A DNA stretch of 64,000 nucleotides, taken from Macrostomum lignano. Its lineage: Eukaryota. Made by a program: the position numbers and the translations under genes. Each line of letters starts with the position of its first letter. Position 1 is the first letter of the stretch. Positions 51,728 to 64,000 of the stretch are shown piece after piece. The stretch spans positions 186,001 through 250,000 of the forward strand of contig NIVC01001104.1 of assembly GCA_002269645.1 (NCBI GenBank), written 5' to 3'. A model generated the notes under the pieces. The model did no database searches, was not told the DNA's origin, and saw only the letters and a list, made by a program, of their open reading frames with translations.

Positions 51728-53552
51728 AATATTGAGTTTTGTCTTACTATTATCTGTTAAGAGTGCTTCTCTACCGCAATTTTGTGCAAATAAGTGCAAA
51801 TAGCATCCTGGTCTTAAAAATTGCTCCCTGAAATTTGACTCAGGGTGCAAAAAGCACACCAAAATTTTTTGCAAGGATGTGATGCGGATTTCACAATTTA
51901 GTGTTATGGATCTCTTAAGTCCGTAACTTCATATTCTTAGAATTAGCCAGTAATTTTTTGAATCCTTAATTAATATAATTTAAGGAATTGCTATTGAGCT
52001 GACAGCTGAGTGAGCTAAGCTGCTGAGCTGAGGCTAAGGGGAGAATTATAAGGAGATCAAACAATTAAGTTAAGTGTTTGGAATTTGGATCATCATTGGA
52101 TGGTTTGGATGGACAGAAACTTTGAAACACACTATTAGTGTTAGACCAGTTTTTGTCTGCAGCAGTGCAGTGCATCCTGGTCTTGAAAATTGCACCTTGA
52201 AATCTAGCACAGGGTGCAAAATCGCACCCAAGTTATGGACGAAAAAACCCAATGAGAAATTTACTTTAAAAACCAAAATATCTATCAAAGGGTAAAGATA
52301 TCTAGACTTAGAATCTACGAACTCTTCTAAAAGGTAAAAAATCTAATCTATTAAAGTATAAGCTATGACCTTTTGATCCTAGTAATGCCTAGACTGAGAG
52401 AAAACCTCAATATTAGCCATAGTTAGGAAGGTGGCCTATATGACAGATTTCTCCGGCATACATTTGCTATGCTATAAGTCTATATGGCCTAGCATATAAT
52501 GCAATGTACAAAAATATGGCTTAGAAACTTGGCATATACACTGATGATGCTGGCATATATTTTTACTTTCCCTAATTACCTGGAATACAATTTTAATCAA
52601 ACATAATTTAATTTTAATGTAAAAGTAATAATAGTAAAAAGAAAAAAGAAAGATGTTTCTATTTTTTTAAAACATACAGTTTCAAAATATTGCAAAATTT
52701 TTCAACTAAAATCAATAAATATGGAATACAATAAATAAAGCATTTGTTTTTTTTGTTTTAAACAGCGACTATATAAAATTTTAAAGTAAAGAATATTTTT
52801 TCATTTTGTAAGAAACTGTTGTCAAGTTAAATGACCTCTTTTTAGGAAAAATTTTTTGTCTGAGCAAATGACTTTTGTAGGGAAAATTTTGGCTTATATT
52901 TTTTGTGTATAATCATCCATCCCCAAAAATCATTCCAGTGTATACTTGCCACCTTCCTGACTAGGCCTATGGAATAGGAGAAAGTCATAGTATATAATAT
53001 AAGATAATGTATTGGCATAGACTGCTTCGGCCAATAGTGTATATATAACAATAGTGTAATGATATTTTATTTGATATATATGATCTACATAAAAAGCTTT
53101 CATGCATCATTATTATTATTATTATTATACTTCATATAAGAAGGCCTTTTATAAGTGCAGATCTCAAAAGTCAAGACAATATTTTTTACTGACACTAAAA
53201 TTAAATAGCTTGGCGAGTGGAACCCAATTAACCTATGTACACAAATGATATGTCATTCTGCTCACAATGACACAAGAAAGCTGGATTTGATAAAAAAAGT
53301 TACAATTAGATTGGATTACTTCCCATTCCACCGACCTCCTTGAACTCAGTCCTAACTTATTTATCGTTAGGCATTTACACTTCACTGCGCCCTGGGGGTT
53401 GGCCCTCAAGGGGCAAAACTATTGCCACTACACTTTGAGTCAAGCCTGGGCCACTGGCACATAAAAGTGCCGCACTGGACCACTAGGCTGCGCCCCCTCC
53501 CTACAAACTAGCTCCAAAATAATAATAATTCGAAAATCCAATTCTGCTCCAG

Positions 53553-55565
53553 TCAAGTCAGCCGCTGTCGGCAGCACGGCAGTGCACCGATGGTGCCAGT
53601 GCCGCTGCCAATGGTCCAGGTGTCAGCAGTGGCGATGGCGCGCCATCTTCGTACAGCTACAACGACAAGTTGAACCCTATCGGAGCCGGCAGCTTCAGCA
53701 AGGTGTACATAGGCCAGGGTCCGCATGGTCGAGTAGCAGTGAAGCTGGTTCAATGGTGCAGCAGCGGCGGGGTCAACTATGGCTCATTGCGGGAGTTATC
53801 CACGCTGAAACGTTTGCAACGCTGCCAGCACCCGAATGTGCTCAAACTATTAGACGTATTTGTGTCCGAGCTCAACCAGACCTTCTGCCAGCACCTTGTA
53901 TTCGAATTGATGGACTGCGACCTGCGCCAGCTGATGCGGGCGCGCGGCGACCGGCCACTGGAAGTGCCATTGGTTGCCTCGCTTGGCCGGCAGTTGCTAA
54001 GCGGCTTGGCGCATCTGCACAGGCACCGGATGCTGCACCGGGATATTAAACCGCAAAATCTATTATTAGATTGGTCGGCTACCGTGTTGAAAATTGCCGA
54101 CTTCAACTCGTCACGACTGTGCAGCTGGGAGCGCTGCCTGTCCCGCGTAGCCACCACGCTGGCCTACAGGGCGCCGGAGGCTCTGCTAAGCGCCTCCTAC
54201 GGCACACCGGCCGATGTCTGGAGCACAGGTTGCATTTTCTACGAAATGCTTACAGGACTCTGGCCGTTTCCGTGCTGTAAAAAAGGAGAAGCGCCAACTC
54301 TGTCCTGCATTGCCGCCTGCGTAGTGGAGGGCCTGACAGATCCTTTGCTGTAAGTTTCAATGTGTTTGGTGACCTACTGTCCTTTGATAGATCAGCTACT
54401 GTCCTTTGATAGATCATCTACTGTCCTTTGATAGATCAGCTACTGTCCTTTGACAGATCATCTACTGTCCTTTGATAGATCAGCTACTGTCCTTTGACAG
54501 ATCATCTACTGTCCTTTGATAGATCAGCTACTGTCCTTTGACAGATCATCTACTGTCCTTTGATAGATCAGCTACTGTCCTTTGACAGATCATCTACTGT
54601 CCTTTGATAGATCAGCTACTGTCCTTTGGAAGATCATCTACTGTCCTTTGATAGATCAGCTACTGTCCTTTGACAGATCATCTACTGTCCTTTGATAGAT
54701 CAGCTACTGTCCTTTGGAAGATCGTCTACTGTCCTTTGGTAGATCGTCTACTGTCCTTTGGTAGATCGTCTACTGTCCTTTGATAGATCAGCTACTGTCC
54801 TTTGATAGATCATCTACTGCCCTTTGATAGATCAGCTACTGCCCTTTGATAGAGCATCTACTGTTCTTTGGTAGATCATCTACTGCCCTTTGATAGATCA
54901 GCTACTGCCCTTTGATAGAGCATCTACTGTTCTTTGGTAGATCATCTACTGCTTCCCTCTAACAAAGCATTTCTCACTCCCCTCACCCCATCCCCAAAAG
55001 CCCCATCGCGGACCGCAGCTTCTTTGAGTCGTCGCCGCCCTGGCTAATCATCGAATCCGTCAAACACGCGGCCAACTGTCCGCCTCTGCGCAGCCGCCTG
55101 GCCTCCGCGGCTGCTACCCCGGACGCCCTGCTATCAGAGCCGAACGGACCAATGGACCTTCTGCGCCGGATGCTGTCCTGGCGTCCCACCGACCGCCCGA
55201 CCGCCGCCGAGGCCCTCGACTCGTCGGTCTGGCTGGCCTGCGAGCCGCCACCTTCTCCTCATCAAAACTGCTCCGATGATGACAGCGACAACGAGACTAC
55301 TACTAGCAGTAGTAGTTGTTCTACGAATAGGAGCAACAGCGATACCGATGAAGAGGACAATGAGGATGACAGCGACAGCGATGAGGCATCCAGCGTGGCA
55401 TCGGAGAGCAGCCTGTCGTCTTGGTTGACCTGCTCGGATTCCGACTGTACAACCGATGACTCAGCTAGCGACTGCTGCTGTAACAGCGGCTGCGAGCATA
55501 GGGCAGCTGCGAATGAAGTCGACTATGCCGATTATATTGGGCAGAGGGACTCCGACCTGAAATAA
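53553..55565 (+). CDS. Divergent cyclin-dependent kinase (CDK4/6-like) with an acidic Ser-rich tail; start exon not identified
   Basis: Exons 53553-54349 (ctccag|, CT|GTAAGT) and 55001-55565 (aaaag|), phase 2. Motifs: GAGSFSKV, VAVK, NYGSLRELSTLKRLQRCQHPNVLKLLDV, LVFE, HRDIKPQN, KIADFN, TLAYRAPE, DVWSTGCIFYEM and RPTAAEAL. Confidence 0.82.
54375..54952. repeat. 22-bp minisatellite CTACTGTCCTTTGATAGATCA(G/T) filling the CDK intron
   Basis: About 26 units, with an alternating 44-bp dimer in the 5' half. Confidence 0.96.
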
Positions 55566-55764
55566 CTGCAGTAAAGTATGTGTAGCTGAGATGGAATTCA
55601 CTGTTTTGCTTTGTTTACACTTTTGGTCAGGTATTCTCTCTTTCTCTCAATCTCTCATTGCACATTTGTTTGCACTTGCATTTTCTGCTTGATTTCATAA
55701 TCATAATTCCGGTATTTTCTATGGATATGTATCAAGTTCTAAACTTTAGGTCAAAATGTATAAG

Positions 55765-56298
55765 GCTGGGCCATAGAATACTGCACATCAGCATCTGGAG
55801 TGGAGCTTTGGCCCTAGAATACTGTAATTCAGCATCCGGAGTGGAGTCTGGGCCATAGAATACTGTAAATCAGCATCTGGCATGGAGTCTGGGCCATAGA
55901 ATACTATAAATCAGCACCTGGAGTGGAGCTTTGGCCATAGAATACTGTAATTCAGCATCTGGCATGGAGTCTGGGCCATAGAATACTATAAATCAGCACC
56001 TGGAGTGGAGCTTTGGCCATAGAATACTGTAATTCAGCATCTGGAGCGGATTCTGGGCCATAGAATACTGTAAATCAGCATCTGGAGTGGAGTCGGGGCA
56101 ATAGAATACTATAAATCAGCATCTGGAGTGGAGTCTGGGCCATAGAATACTATAAATCAGCACCTGGAGTGGAGCTTTGGCCATAGAATACTGTAATTCA
56201 GCATCTGGAGCGGATTCTGGGCCATAGAATACTGTAAATCAGCATCTGGAGTGGAGTCTGGGCAATAGAATACTATAAATCAGCATCTGGAGTGGAGT
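55765..56298. repeat. 41-bp minisatellite GGCCATAGAATACTGTAAATCAGCATCTGGAGTGGAGTCTG
   Basis: About 13 visible units downstream of the CDK stop. Confidence 0.95.
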
Positions 56299-57223
56299 TA
56301 GTATCCGAAATCAAATAAAAAGATTCTCTTACTATAAAGGTTAGCTTCATTATGAAATCCAACCAGAAAGTCCTATATTGTATTATTGTACATAGACACT
56401 CTACGAATTACTTTATATATACATCTATAAATCCTCGGTGTTTGTTCCACTTAACAGGAAGCGGTGTTTCAATGATATACTAGTTTATACCTATTCTAAT
56501 TGTCTTTCGTTCGGTTATATCAAAGCTGATTTAAATAATTTTAGCAGTTATAAACTTAAAGTGGTGGTGTATAATAAATTTCGTTACAAATTGGCTTCAC
56601 TGACCCAAATGCATTAAAAAGTACTAGCATTTAAGTTATTGACTACTATGAAAAGTCCTTAGTAGTATTAAAGCATTTTACTGACTAAGTCAACTTTAAG
56701 TCATCGATACTTTAATAATTTATTTGTTCTTTCTTTAAAAATAATTTTAACCTACATCGATGGTGCTAAAAGCTATTTTCAGCCGCGCGTATAGCTTTTC
56801 AACGCGATAAAACTTTTTTTACTACTCACACTATAGTAGTAGGGCTCCTTGATATGTTTTTGTTGTGTGTCAATTTATTTATTCCTCGGCGTGTACATAC
56901 CCAGTGGCTTTTCTAAGCTAAGAGCTAATAGCCAGTTTTTATAATAAGCTGTGGGACACCCCTGCTTGCTTTCAGTAATTTATTACATGTCTGTTTGATC
57001 TTGTGTTGCTTTGTGCGTCACCTGTGTCCTGACTGTTTTTAAAAACAGACATTTTTCCAAGCGTTATGCAGTTAATAAATCAGTTGAGTTAATATGGCCA
57101 CTCCTGACGGGGCTTCAAAACTATTGTTGCACTTGATAATAAATTAAAATGAGCAATAATCCGTCACCGTGTTCCCAGATTTATTACTTTTCAAATACTT
57201 GGCGCATTGGTTCTAAAGAATGG

Positions 57224-57837
57224 TTAGTGAGTTAGTCAGTCCGTTAGTTATTTAGTTAGTTAGTTAGTCAGTTAGTTATTTCGTTAGTTAGTTAGTTAGT
57301 TAGTTAGTCAGTCAGTCAGTTAGTGAGTTAGTCAGTCAGTCAGTCAGTTAGTTAGTGAGTTAGTTAGTCAGCTAGTTAGTCAGTTAGTTATTTCGTTAGT
57401 CAGTTTGTTATTTCGTTAGTTAGCTAGTTAGTTAGTGAGTTAGTTAGTTAGTCAGTTAGTTAGTGAGTGAGTTAGTTAGTCAGTCAGTCAGTCAGTTAGT
57501 TAGTGAGTTAATCAGTCAGTTAGTTAGTTAGTGAGTTAGTCAGTCAGTTAGTTAGTTAGTTAATTAGTTCGTTAGTCAGTCAGTTAGTTAGTTAGTCAGT
57601 TAGTTAGTTAGTTAGTTCGTTAGTCAGTTAGTCGGTCAGTCAGTTAGTTAGTTAGTGAGTTAGTTAGTCAGTTAGTTAGTTAGTCAGTTAGTTAGTGAGT
57701 GAGTTAGTTAGTTAGTTAGTTAGTCAGTTAGTTAGTGAGTTAGTCAGTCAGTTAGTTAGTTAGTGAGTTAGTTAGTTAGTCAGTTAGTTAGTCAGTTAGT
57801 TAGTTAGTTAGTGAGTTAGTTAGTTAGTTAGTCAGTC

Positions 57838-57868
<31 letters not shown>

Positions 57869-57925
57869 CAGTTAGTTCGTTAGTCAGTTAGTCAGTCAGT
57901 TAGTTAGTTAGCTAGTTAGTTAGTG

Positions 57926-57956
<31 letters not shown>

Positions 57957-58153
57957 CAGTTAGTTAGTTAGTGAGTTAGTTAGTTAGTCAGTTAGTTAGT
58001 CAGTCAGTTATTTCGTTAGTTAGTTAGTGAGTTAGTTAGTTAGTTAGTCAGTCAGTTAGTTAGTTAGTTAGTTAGTTCGTTAGTCAGTTAGTCAGTCAGT
58101 CAGTTAGTTAGTTAGTGAGTTAGTTAGTCAGTTATTTAGTTAGTTAGTCAGTC

Positions 58154-58188
<35 letters not shown>

Positions 58189-58453
58189 CAGTTAGTGAGT
58201 TAGTCAGTCAGTTAGTTAGTTAGTGAGTTAGTTAGTTAGTCAGTTAGTTAGTCAGTTAGTTAGTCAGTTAGTGAGTTAGTTAGTCAGTCAGTTAGTTAGT
58301 CAGTTAATTAGTTAGTTAGTTAGTTAGTGAGTTAGTTAGTTAGTCAGTTAGTTAGTTAGTTAGTTAGTTAGTCAGTCAGTTAGTTAGTCAGTTAGTTAGT
58401 TAGTTAGTTAGTGAGTTAGTCAGTCAGTTAGTTAGTTAGTTAGTTAGTCAGTC

Positions 58454-58500
<47 letters not shown>

Positions 58501-58625
58501 CAGTCAGTTAGTTAGTCAGTTAGTTAGTTAGTTAGTTAGGTAGTTAGTCAGTTAGTTACTTAGTTAGTCAGTTAGTTAGTTAGTTAGTTAGTTAGTGAGT
58601 TAGTCAGTTAGTTAGTTAGTTAGTC

Positions 58626-58656
<31 letters not shown>

Positions 58657-58657
58657 C

Positions 58658-58740
<83 letters not shown>

Positions 58741-58821
58741 CAGTCAGTTAGTTAGTCAGTTAGTCAGTTAGTTAGTTAGTTAGTTAGTGAGTTAGTCAGT
58801 TAGTGAGTTAGTCAGTTAGTG

Positions 58822-58856
<35 letters not shown>

Positions 58857-59222
58857 CAGTCAGTCAGTTAGTGAGTTAGTCAGTCAGTCAGTTAGTTAGT
58901 TAGTTAGTCAGTCAGTCAGTTAGTGAGTTAGTCAGTCAGTCAGTTAGTTAGTGAGTTAGTTAGTCAGTTAGTTAGTCAGTTAGTTAGTGAGTTAGTTAGT
59001 CAGTCAGTCAGTCAGTTAGTTAGTGAGTTAATCAGTCAGTTAGTTAGTTAGTGAGTTAGTCAGTCAGTTTGTTATTTCGTTAGTTAGCTAGTTAGTTAGT
59101 GAGTTAGTTAGTTAGTCAGTTAGTTAGTGAGTGAGTTAGTTAGTCAGTCAGTTAGTTAGTTAGTTAGTTAGTTAGTCAGTTAGTTAGTTAGTTAGTTAGT
59201 TAGTCAGTCAGTCAGTCAGTCA
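57224..59222. repeat. 2-kb compound tetranucleotide array (GTTA/GTCA/GTGA)n
   Basis: Directly visible. Confidence 0.98.
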
Positions 59223-59633
59223 GCAAGCAATGCAGCGCAGCCATTGTTATGGTGCATTCAATCCGCCCCCATGGTCCCCATTGTTGGTGCGCATCGGAAC
59301 TCCGGGGTCCGGCCGTTCTCTTGTTGTTATGCTAGCTGGGTCTGCTCTTCATCTGCCGCCAACAATACTGGTTTTATACGGTATTAAATAAAAAATTCCT
59401 AAGGATGAGGCCTCGCCAACTTCCTGCTAGTGGGGGTCCAGCGGTGTCGCCAACTTCATGCGGTGTCTGCAGCTACAGATCATTGTTGCTAGGGGCAACG
59501 GGGTTGCTTGCCGTGCTTATTTATGTGGCATAAAATGAGCGCTCAGCTTAGATTATCGACTTGTAGAATCCAAAGTGTATATAATAATATATGGCCATTC
59601 AATTAAATTGCTGTGCAATATAAAAGAAACGAG

Positions 59634-59771
59634 CTCCAGTTTCCGAAATCATCAAGCGGAAGTCGGCTGCAGTTTCCGAAATCATCAAGCGGAAGTCGGC
59701 TGCAGTTTCCGAAATCATCAAGCGGAAGTCGGCTCCAGTTTCCGAAATCATCAAGCGGAAGTCGGCTCCAG
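59634..59771 (+). repeat. 33-bp tandem repeat x4 containing GCGGAAGT (ETS-like), just upstream of the 59783 ORF
   Basis: CAGTTTCCGAAATCATCAAGCGGAAGTCGGCT(G/C) repeated four times. Confidence 0.9.
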
Positions 59772-59782
59772 TCTACAAAGTC

Positions 59783-60436
59783 ATGAGCGGCAGCCAGATG
59801 AGCCTCGCCCTCAGCAGTCCGATCGCCTGGGATGCCCCAGCCACGCCGGTGGTTCTGCCGCTGTCACCGACTCCTACGTCTTTGTCGCCTCGCCAGCGCC
59901 TCACTGCCGCGCAAACCACAGCGCGGCGCATTCGGCGCCGCCTTGTAGCTCACCAGCTGGCCGAGCGCGACTGGCGCGCCGGCGGTGGTCCGATAGCGCT
60001 TGATCGCGCGCTAGGCCGCCTGCAGTGCGCCGTCACCTGCCAGTCGGCGTCTCTGACTTTGGGCAGCATGGCGGAGCTCCGCCGTCTGGTCGAAATCAAC
60101 GGCCTGTCAGAGTCGGATCGTCGAACTGCGCAGGCGTTTCTTGGCCGCTGGGACGAATTTGACGAAGTCGGCGAACAACTCGAGGCGGGTCTGGCGCGCC
60201 CTCTCGCCCGGCTGTTCGACGAGGCGGCCGAGTCCGACGACAGCTGGAGGCTTCGCTGCGACTGGCCGGGCGTGCAGGCCCGGCGACTTCTCGACGACTG
60301 GCTGATGGAACGCCGCCGCGAAGCAGACGATATTGTCAGTTTGCCTCCGACGCCGGAGTCGCTGCAACGGCGGATTGCCGCGGCGCTCAGCGTCTGCTGT
60401 TTGGCACTGCGGCTCAGAGTGGAGACGGCGTCTTGA
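59783..60436 (+). CDS. Uncharacterised single-exon protein (217 aa)
   Basis: GC-rich ORF with host-like codon usage, a Pro/Ser-rich N-terminus and a helical-looking Leu/Arg/Glu-rich body. No family recognised. Confidence 0.6.
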   Translation: MSGSQMSLALSSPIAWDAPATPVVLPLSPTPTSLSPRQRLTAAQTTARRIRRRLVAHQLAERDWRAGGGPIALDRALGRLQCAVTCQSASLTLGSMAELRRLVEINGLSESDRRTAQAFLGRWDEFDEVGEQLEAGLARPLARLFDEAAESDDSWRLRCDWPGVQARRLLDDWLMERRREADDIVSLPPTPESLQRRIAAALSVCCLALRLRVETAS

Positions 60437-61099
60437 GCTGACCTTTGGGCTGACTGCTGACAGGTGTGTGTCTGACTGTCTGGTCAGACTGATATCTAAC
60501 TGACAGTTGTCCATCTGACAGTCTGTAGTCAGACTGCTATCTCACTGACAGTTGTACATCTGACAGTCTGTAGTCAGACTGCTATCTGACGGCCAGATCA
60601 GGTTAGCAGTCCTGATGCAACAGAGAATCTGCTGAGCTTGTTTTTCAATTGACAACCTGGTCAGACGGTCATTCAGTTTTACTTTTAATTCTCCAATTAT
60701 CAAGCCCCATCCGGTACGAGGTAAATGTAATAATAATTTTAGCGATGTCAATTCCTTCGTAACCTAAAATGATTGAAGGCTTCATTCCGATCGGCATCTG
60801 TCTCAGACTGCATGATTTATGACGATTATCCTATGGGACTGCCTAAGACAACCGGGATTAGCCATTCCTTTTGCTTTGCTCCTCTTCGCCATACGCATGT
60901 TTTCTAACGTGATTTTCTATGCGCAAATGGGAAAAACTGGAATGAACTGGAATCGTATGAACATCAATAGATACTGCTATACCGGATGCATTAGTCGAAA
61001 TTGCAACTTTTGCTACATCTTTGTCTTTTTAGCTCGAATCTTATCATATTTTCGTTAGTGATTTTGGATTACCTACTCTCACTGAAGCGCTGTCCCATT

Positions 61100-61322
61100 C
61101 TGTGTCTCTTGGGTACCTCTTCTACGCCCATAATGTCTCTGGGTACCTCTTCTACGCCCATAATGTCTCTGGGTACCTCTTCTACGCCCATAATGTCTCT
61201 GGGTACCTCTTCTACGCCCATAATGTCTCTGGGTACCTCTTCTACGCCCATAATGTCTCTAGGTACCTCTTCTGTCTCTAGGTGTTTTTTTTCTACGCCC
61301 ATAATGTCTCTAGGTACCCCTT
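61100..61322. repeat. 30-bp tandem repeat GGGTACCTCTTCTACGCCCATAATGTCTCT
   Basis: About 5 perfect copies plus degenerate ends. Confidence 0.93.
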
Positions 61323-61837
61323 CTGCGCATTTATATATCTACGCACATTACATCTCGTGGGTGTCTGCTCTACGCGCGTATTGTCTCAGGATAGCTTTTT
61401 TACACCTCCTCTATCTATTCTCCTATCCTGACTCGGCATACCTTGAAATTTCCTTACGCAGTAGTTTGCTCTGATTAAGTAAATGATTTTCCACTCATTC
61501 AATTTAATTTGCTGATAAGACAGCGCAGCTCAATGGAAAGGTAAAGGAATTGAATTTACCTGAGGCGAAGCTTGTTGCATTGAGACTTTATTTTTACGAG
61601 CGTAAGGCTAAACATTTTCTAATTTCCCCTTGTACAGACTGCCCTAATCTCTGCCTTTGTAGTGTCTGCCTTTATTACCTAGCAGCATCTGGGCTGGGCT
61701 CTGTGCGCCTTCCTCTCCGCCTGCCCTGCGGCCCTATCCGTTTTTGGTAATTGGAAAGCGTGTCTGAGCTCGCTTGAGCTGGGAGGGACTGGCGATGCCT
61801 CCAGCTAGCTGCCTGCCTGCCTTGTTATCTGTCTCAC

Positions 61838-62794
<957 letters not shown>

Positions 62795-63107
62795 TATGCG
62801 TAGGCAGCTGTAATTACCTTTTCTCCCAACTGTTGTCATCTGTCTCGGAAAATTTAATCCCAAATAATCCGCAGCCGCCCGGAGACCCCTCCCCCGATTC
62901 AGTTATGATCCAGCATACGTATGCGGCTGCACCTTTGCTGTCTCCCAGGTAAAAATGATGACATCTGCACCCCGCACTGCTCTCCCTCTCTTTCTCCGCT
63001 CGCTCATCTCGTATTTTCCATTACTACGCCAGAATTTTCAAGCCCCACAGAGACTGTGATTATGATGAGTTTTGCTACTCGAAAATAAGCCGCTCACCTG
63101 CTCGCTC

Positions 63108-63153
<46 letters not shown>

Positions 63154-63346
63154 ATTGCATTCCGGCAATGCGGCTCTGCCTTACTCCCGACTCCTGCCTC
63201 ACTGAGCCAAGGCAGTAACCTGTGACTCGTGCTTCTCGAGCCGAGCGGGATATGACAGACCCCATTGCTGGCTGAACTGAGGCAGATAGTGAGGCCATGA
63301 TAGGGGCTACATTCAATACTAGCTGGATACCTGTACGCCCGGATTC

Positions 63347-63926
63347 CAGATACCTCCAAATACCCAGATACCCAGATACCCCAGATAGCCCGGATATCCC
63401 AGATACCCAGATACCCAGATACCCCAGATAGCCCGGATATCCCAGATACCCAGATACCCTATATACCCAGAAACTCCAGATACCCCAGATACCCAGATAC
63501 CCAGATACTCTAGATACCCAGATACCCAGATACTCCAGATACCCAGATACCCCAGATACCCCAGATACTCCAGATACCCCAGATACTCCAGATACCCCAG
63601 ATACACCAGATACCCCAGATACCCAGATACTCCAGATACACCAGATACCCCAGATACCCCAGATACCCCAGATACACCAGATACCCCAGATACCCCAGAT
63701 ACCCCAGATACACCAGATACCCAGATACCCCAGATACCCCAGATACCCCAGATACCCCAGATACCCAGATACCCAGATACCCCAGATACCCCAGATACCC
63801 AGATACTCCAGATACCCCAGATGCCCCAGATACCCCAGATACCCCAGATACCCCAGATACCCAGATACCCCAGATACCCCAGATACCCAGAAACTCCAGA
63901 TACCCCAGATACCCCAGATACCCCAG
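63347..63926. repeat. 8/9-bp repeat GATACCC(C)A
   Basis: Directly visible mixed 8- and 9-mers. Confidence 0.96.
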
Positions 63927-64000
63927 ACGCTCCATATGCCAGACGCCCTGGAACCCACACCAGTAGTTATGCATATTGCATGCGCAACTAAAAGTCCTCT

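Larger units (their letters stand above)
49558..51779 (+). mobile_element. Penelope-like retroelement, 5'-truncated, with an inverted copy of its 3' end upstream and a 13-bp TSD
   Basis: About 49555-50019 is the reverse complement of about 51287-51750. TTTTGTGCAAATA occurs at 49545-49557 and 51780-51792. Confidence 0.92.

Noticed and set aside
51803-52230. ~60-bp imperfect direct repeat (51803-51860 and 52171-52230)
   Set aside because: It is real but short and diverged, with no TSD, ORF or other structure to interpret.
63150-63330. Candidate minus-strand exon (YPASIECSPYHGLTICLSS...)
   Set aside because: Splice-like signals exist, but no homology was recognised and there are no partner exons in the window. 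Insufficient support.

Overview
Eukaryotic (metazoan) genomic DNA with GT-AG spliced genes and no prokaryotic features. The GC-rich Ala/Gly-rich exons, minisatellite-filled introns and RTE/Penelope content suggest a free-living flatworm such as Macrostomum lignano; this is inference, not verified. Host genes: SLC12A8-like transporter (minus, runs off the left edge); a small MGNC- (putatively myristoylated) unknown gene; an NPY/NPF-type GPCR with a 1-nt frameshift; an orphan 4-TM ORF; a metadherin/LYRIC-like gene with a KEEPKAK expansion; PRR5/Protor-like; a divergent CDK4/6-like kinase (DFN instead of DFG); and an orphan 217-aa ORF. The flanks (1-22 kb and 54-64 kb) are dominated by private tandem arrays. 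The middle (about 28-52 kb) is a transposon field. Its most interesting system is a Crypton-like tyrosine-recombinase (YR) element (39024-44413) with definable ends sharing an AATA core. It is accompanied by nested non-autonomous copies (33750-34241) whose junctions look like a YR crossover footprint, a decayed second YR, and a strongly clustered CCATAGAC motif. Also present: a young Penelope-like element with an inverted 3' copy and hammerhead ribozymes on both strands, ultra-short (43-53 bp) CAAGG-ended MITEs with 8-bp TSDs, a CORE-like tRNA SINE, and AT-rich TAGGCCTA-enriched domains showing directional C>T/G>A decay. All coordinates and counts were read by eye; array edges are approximate.
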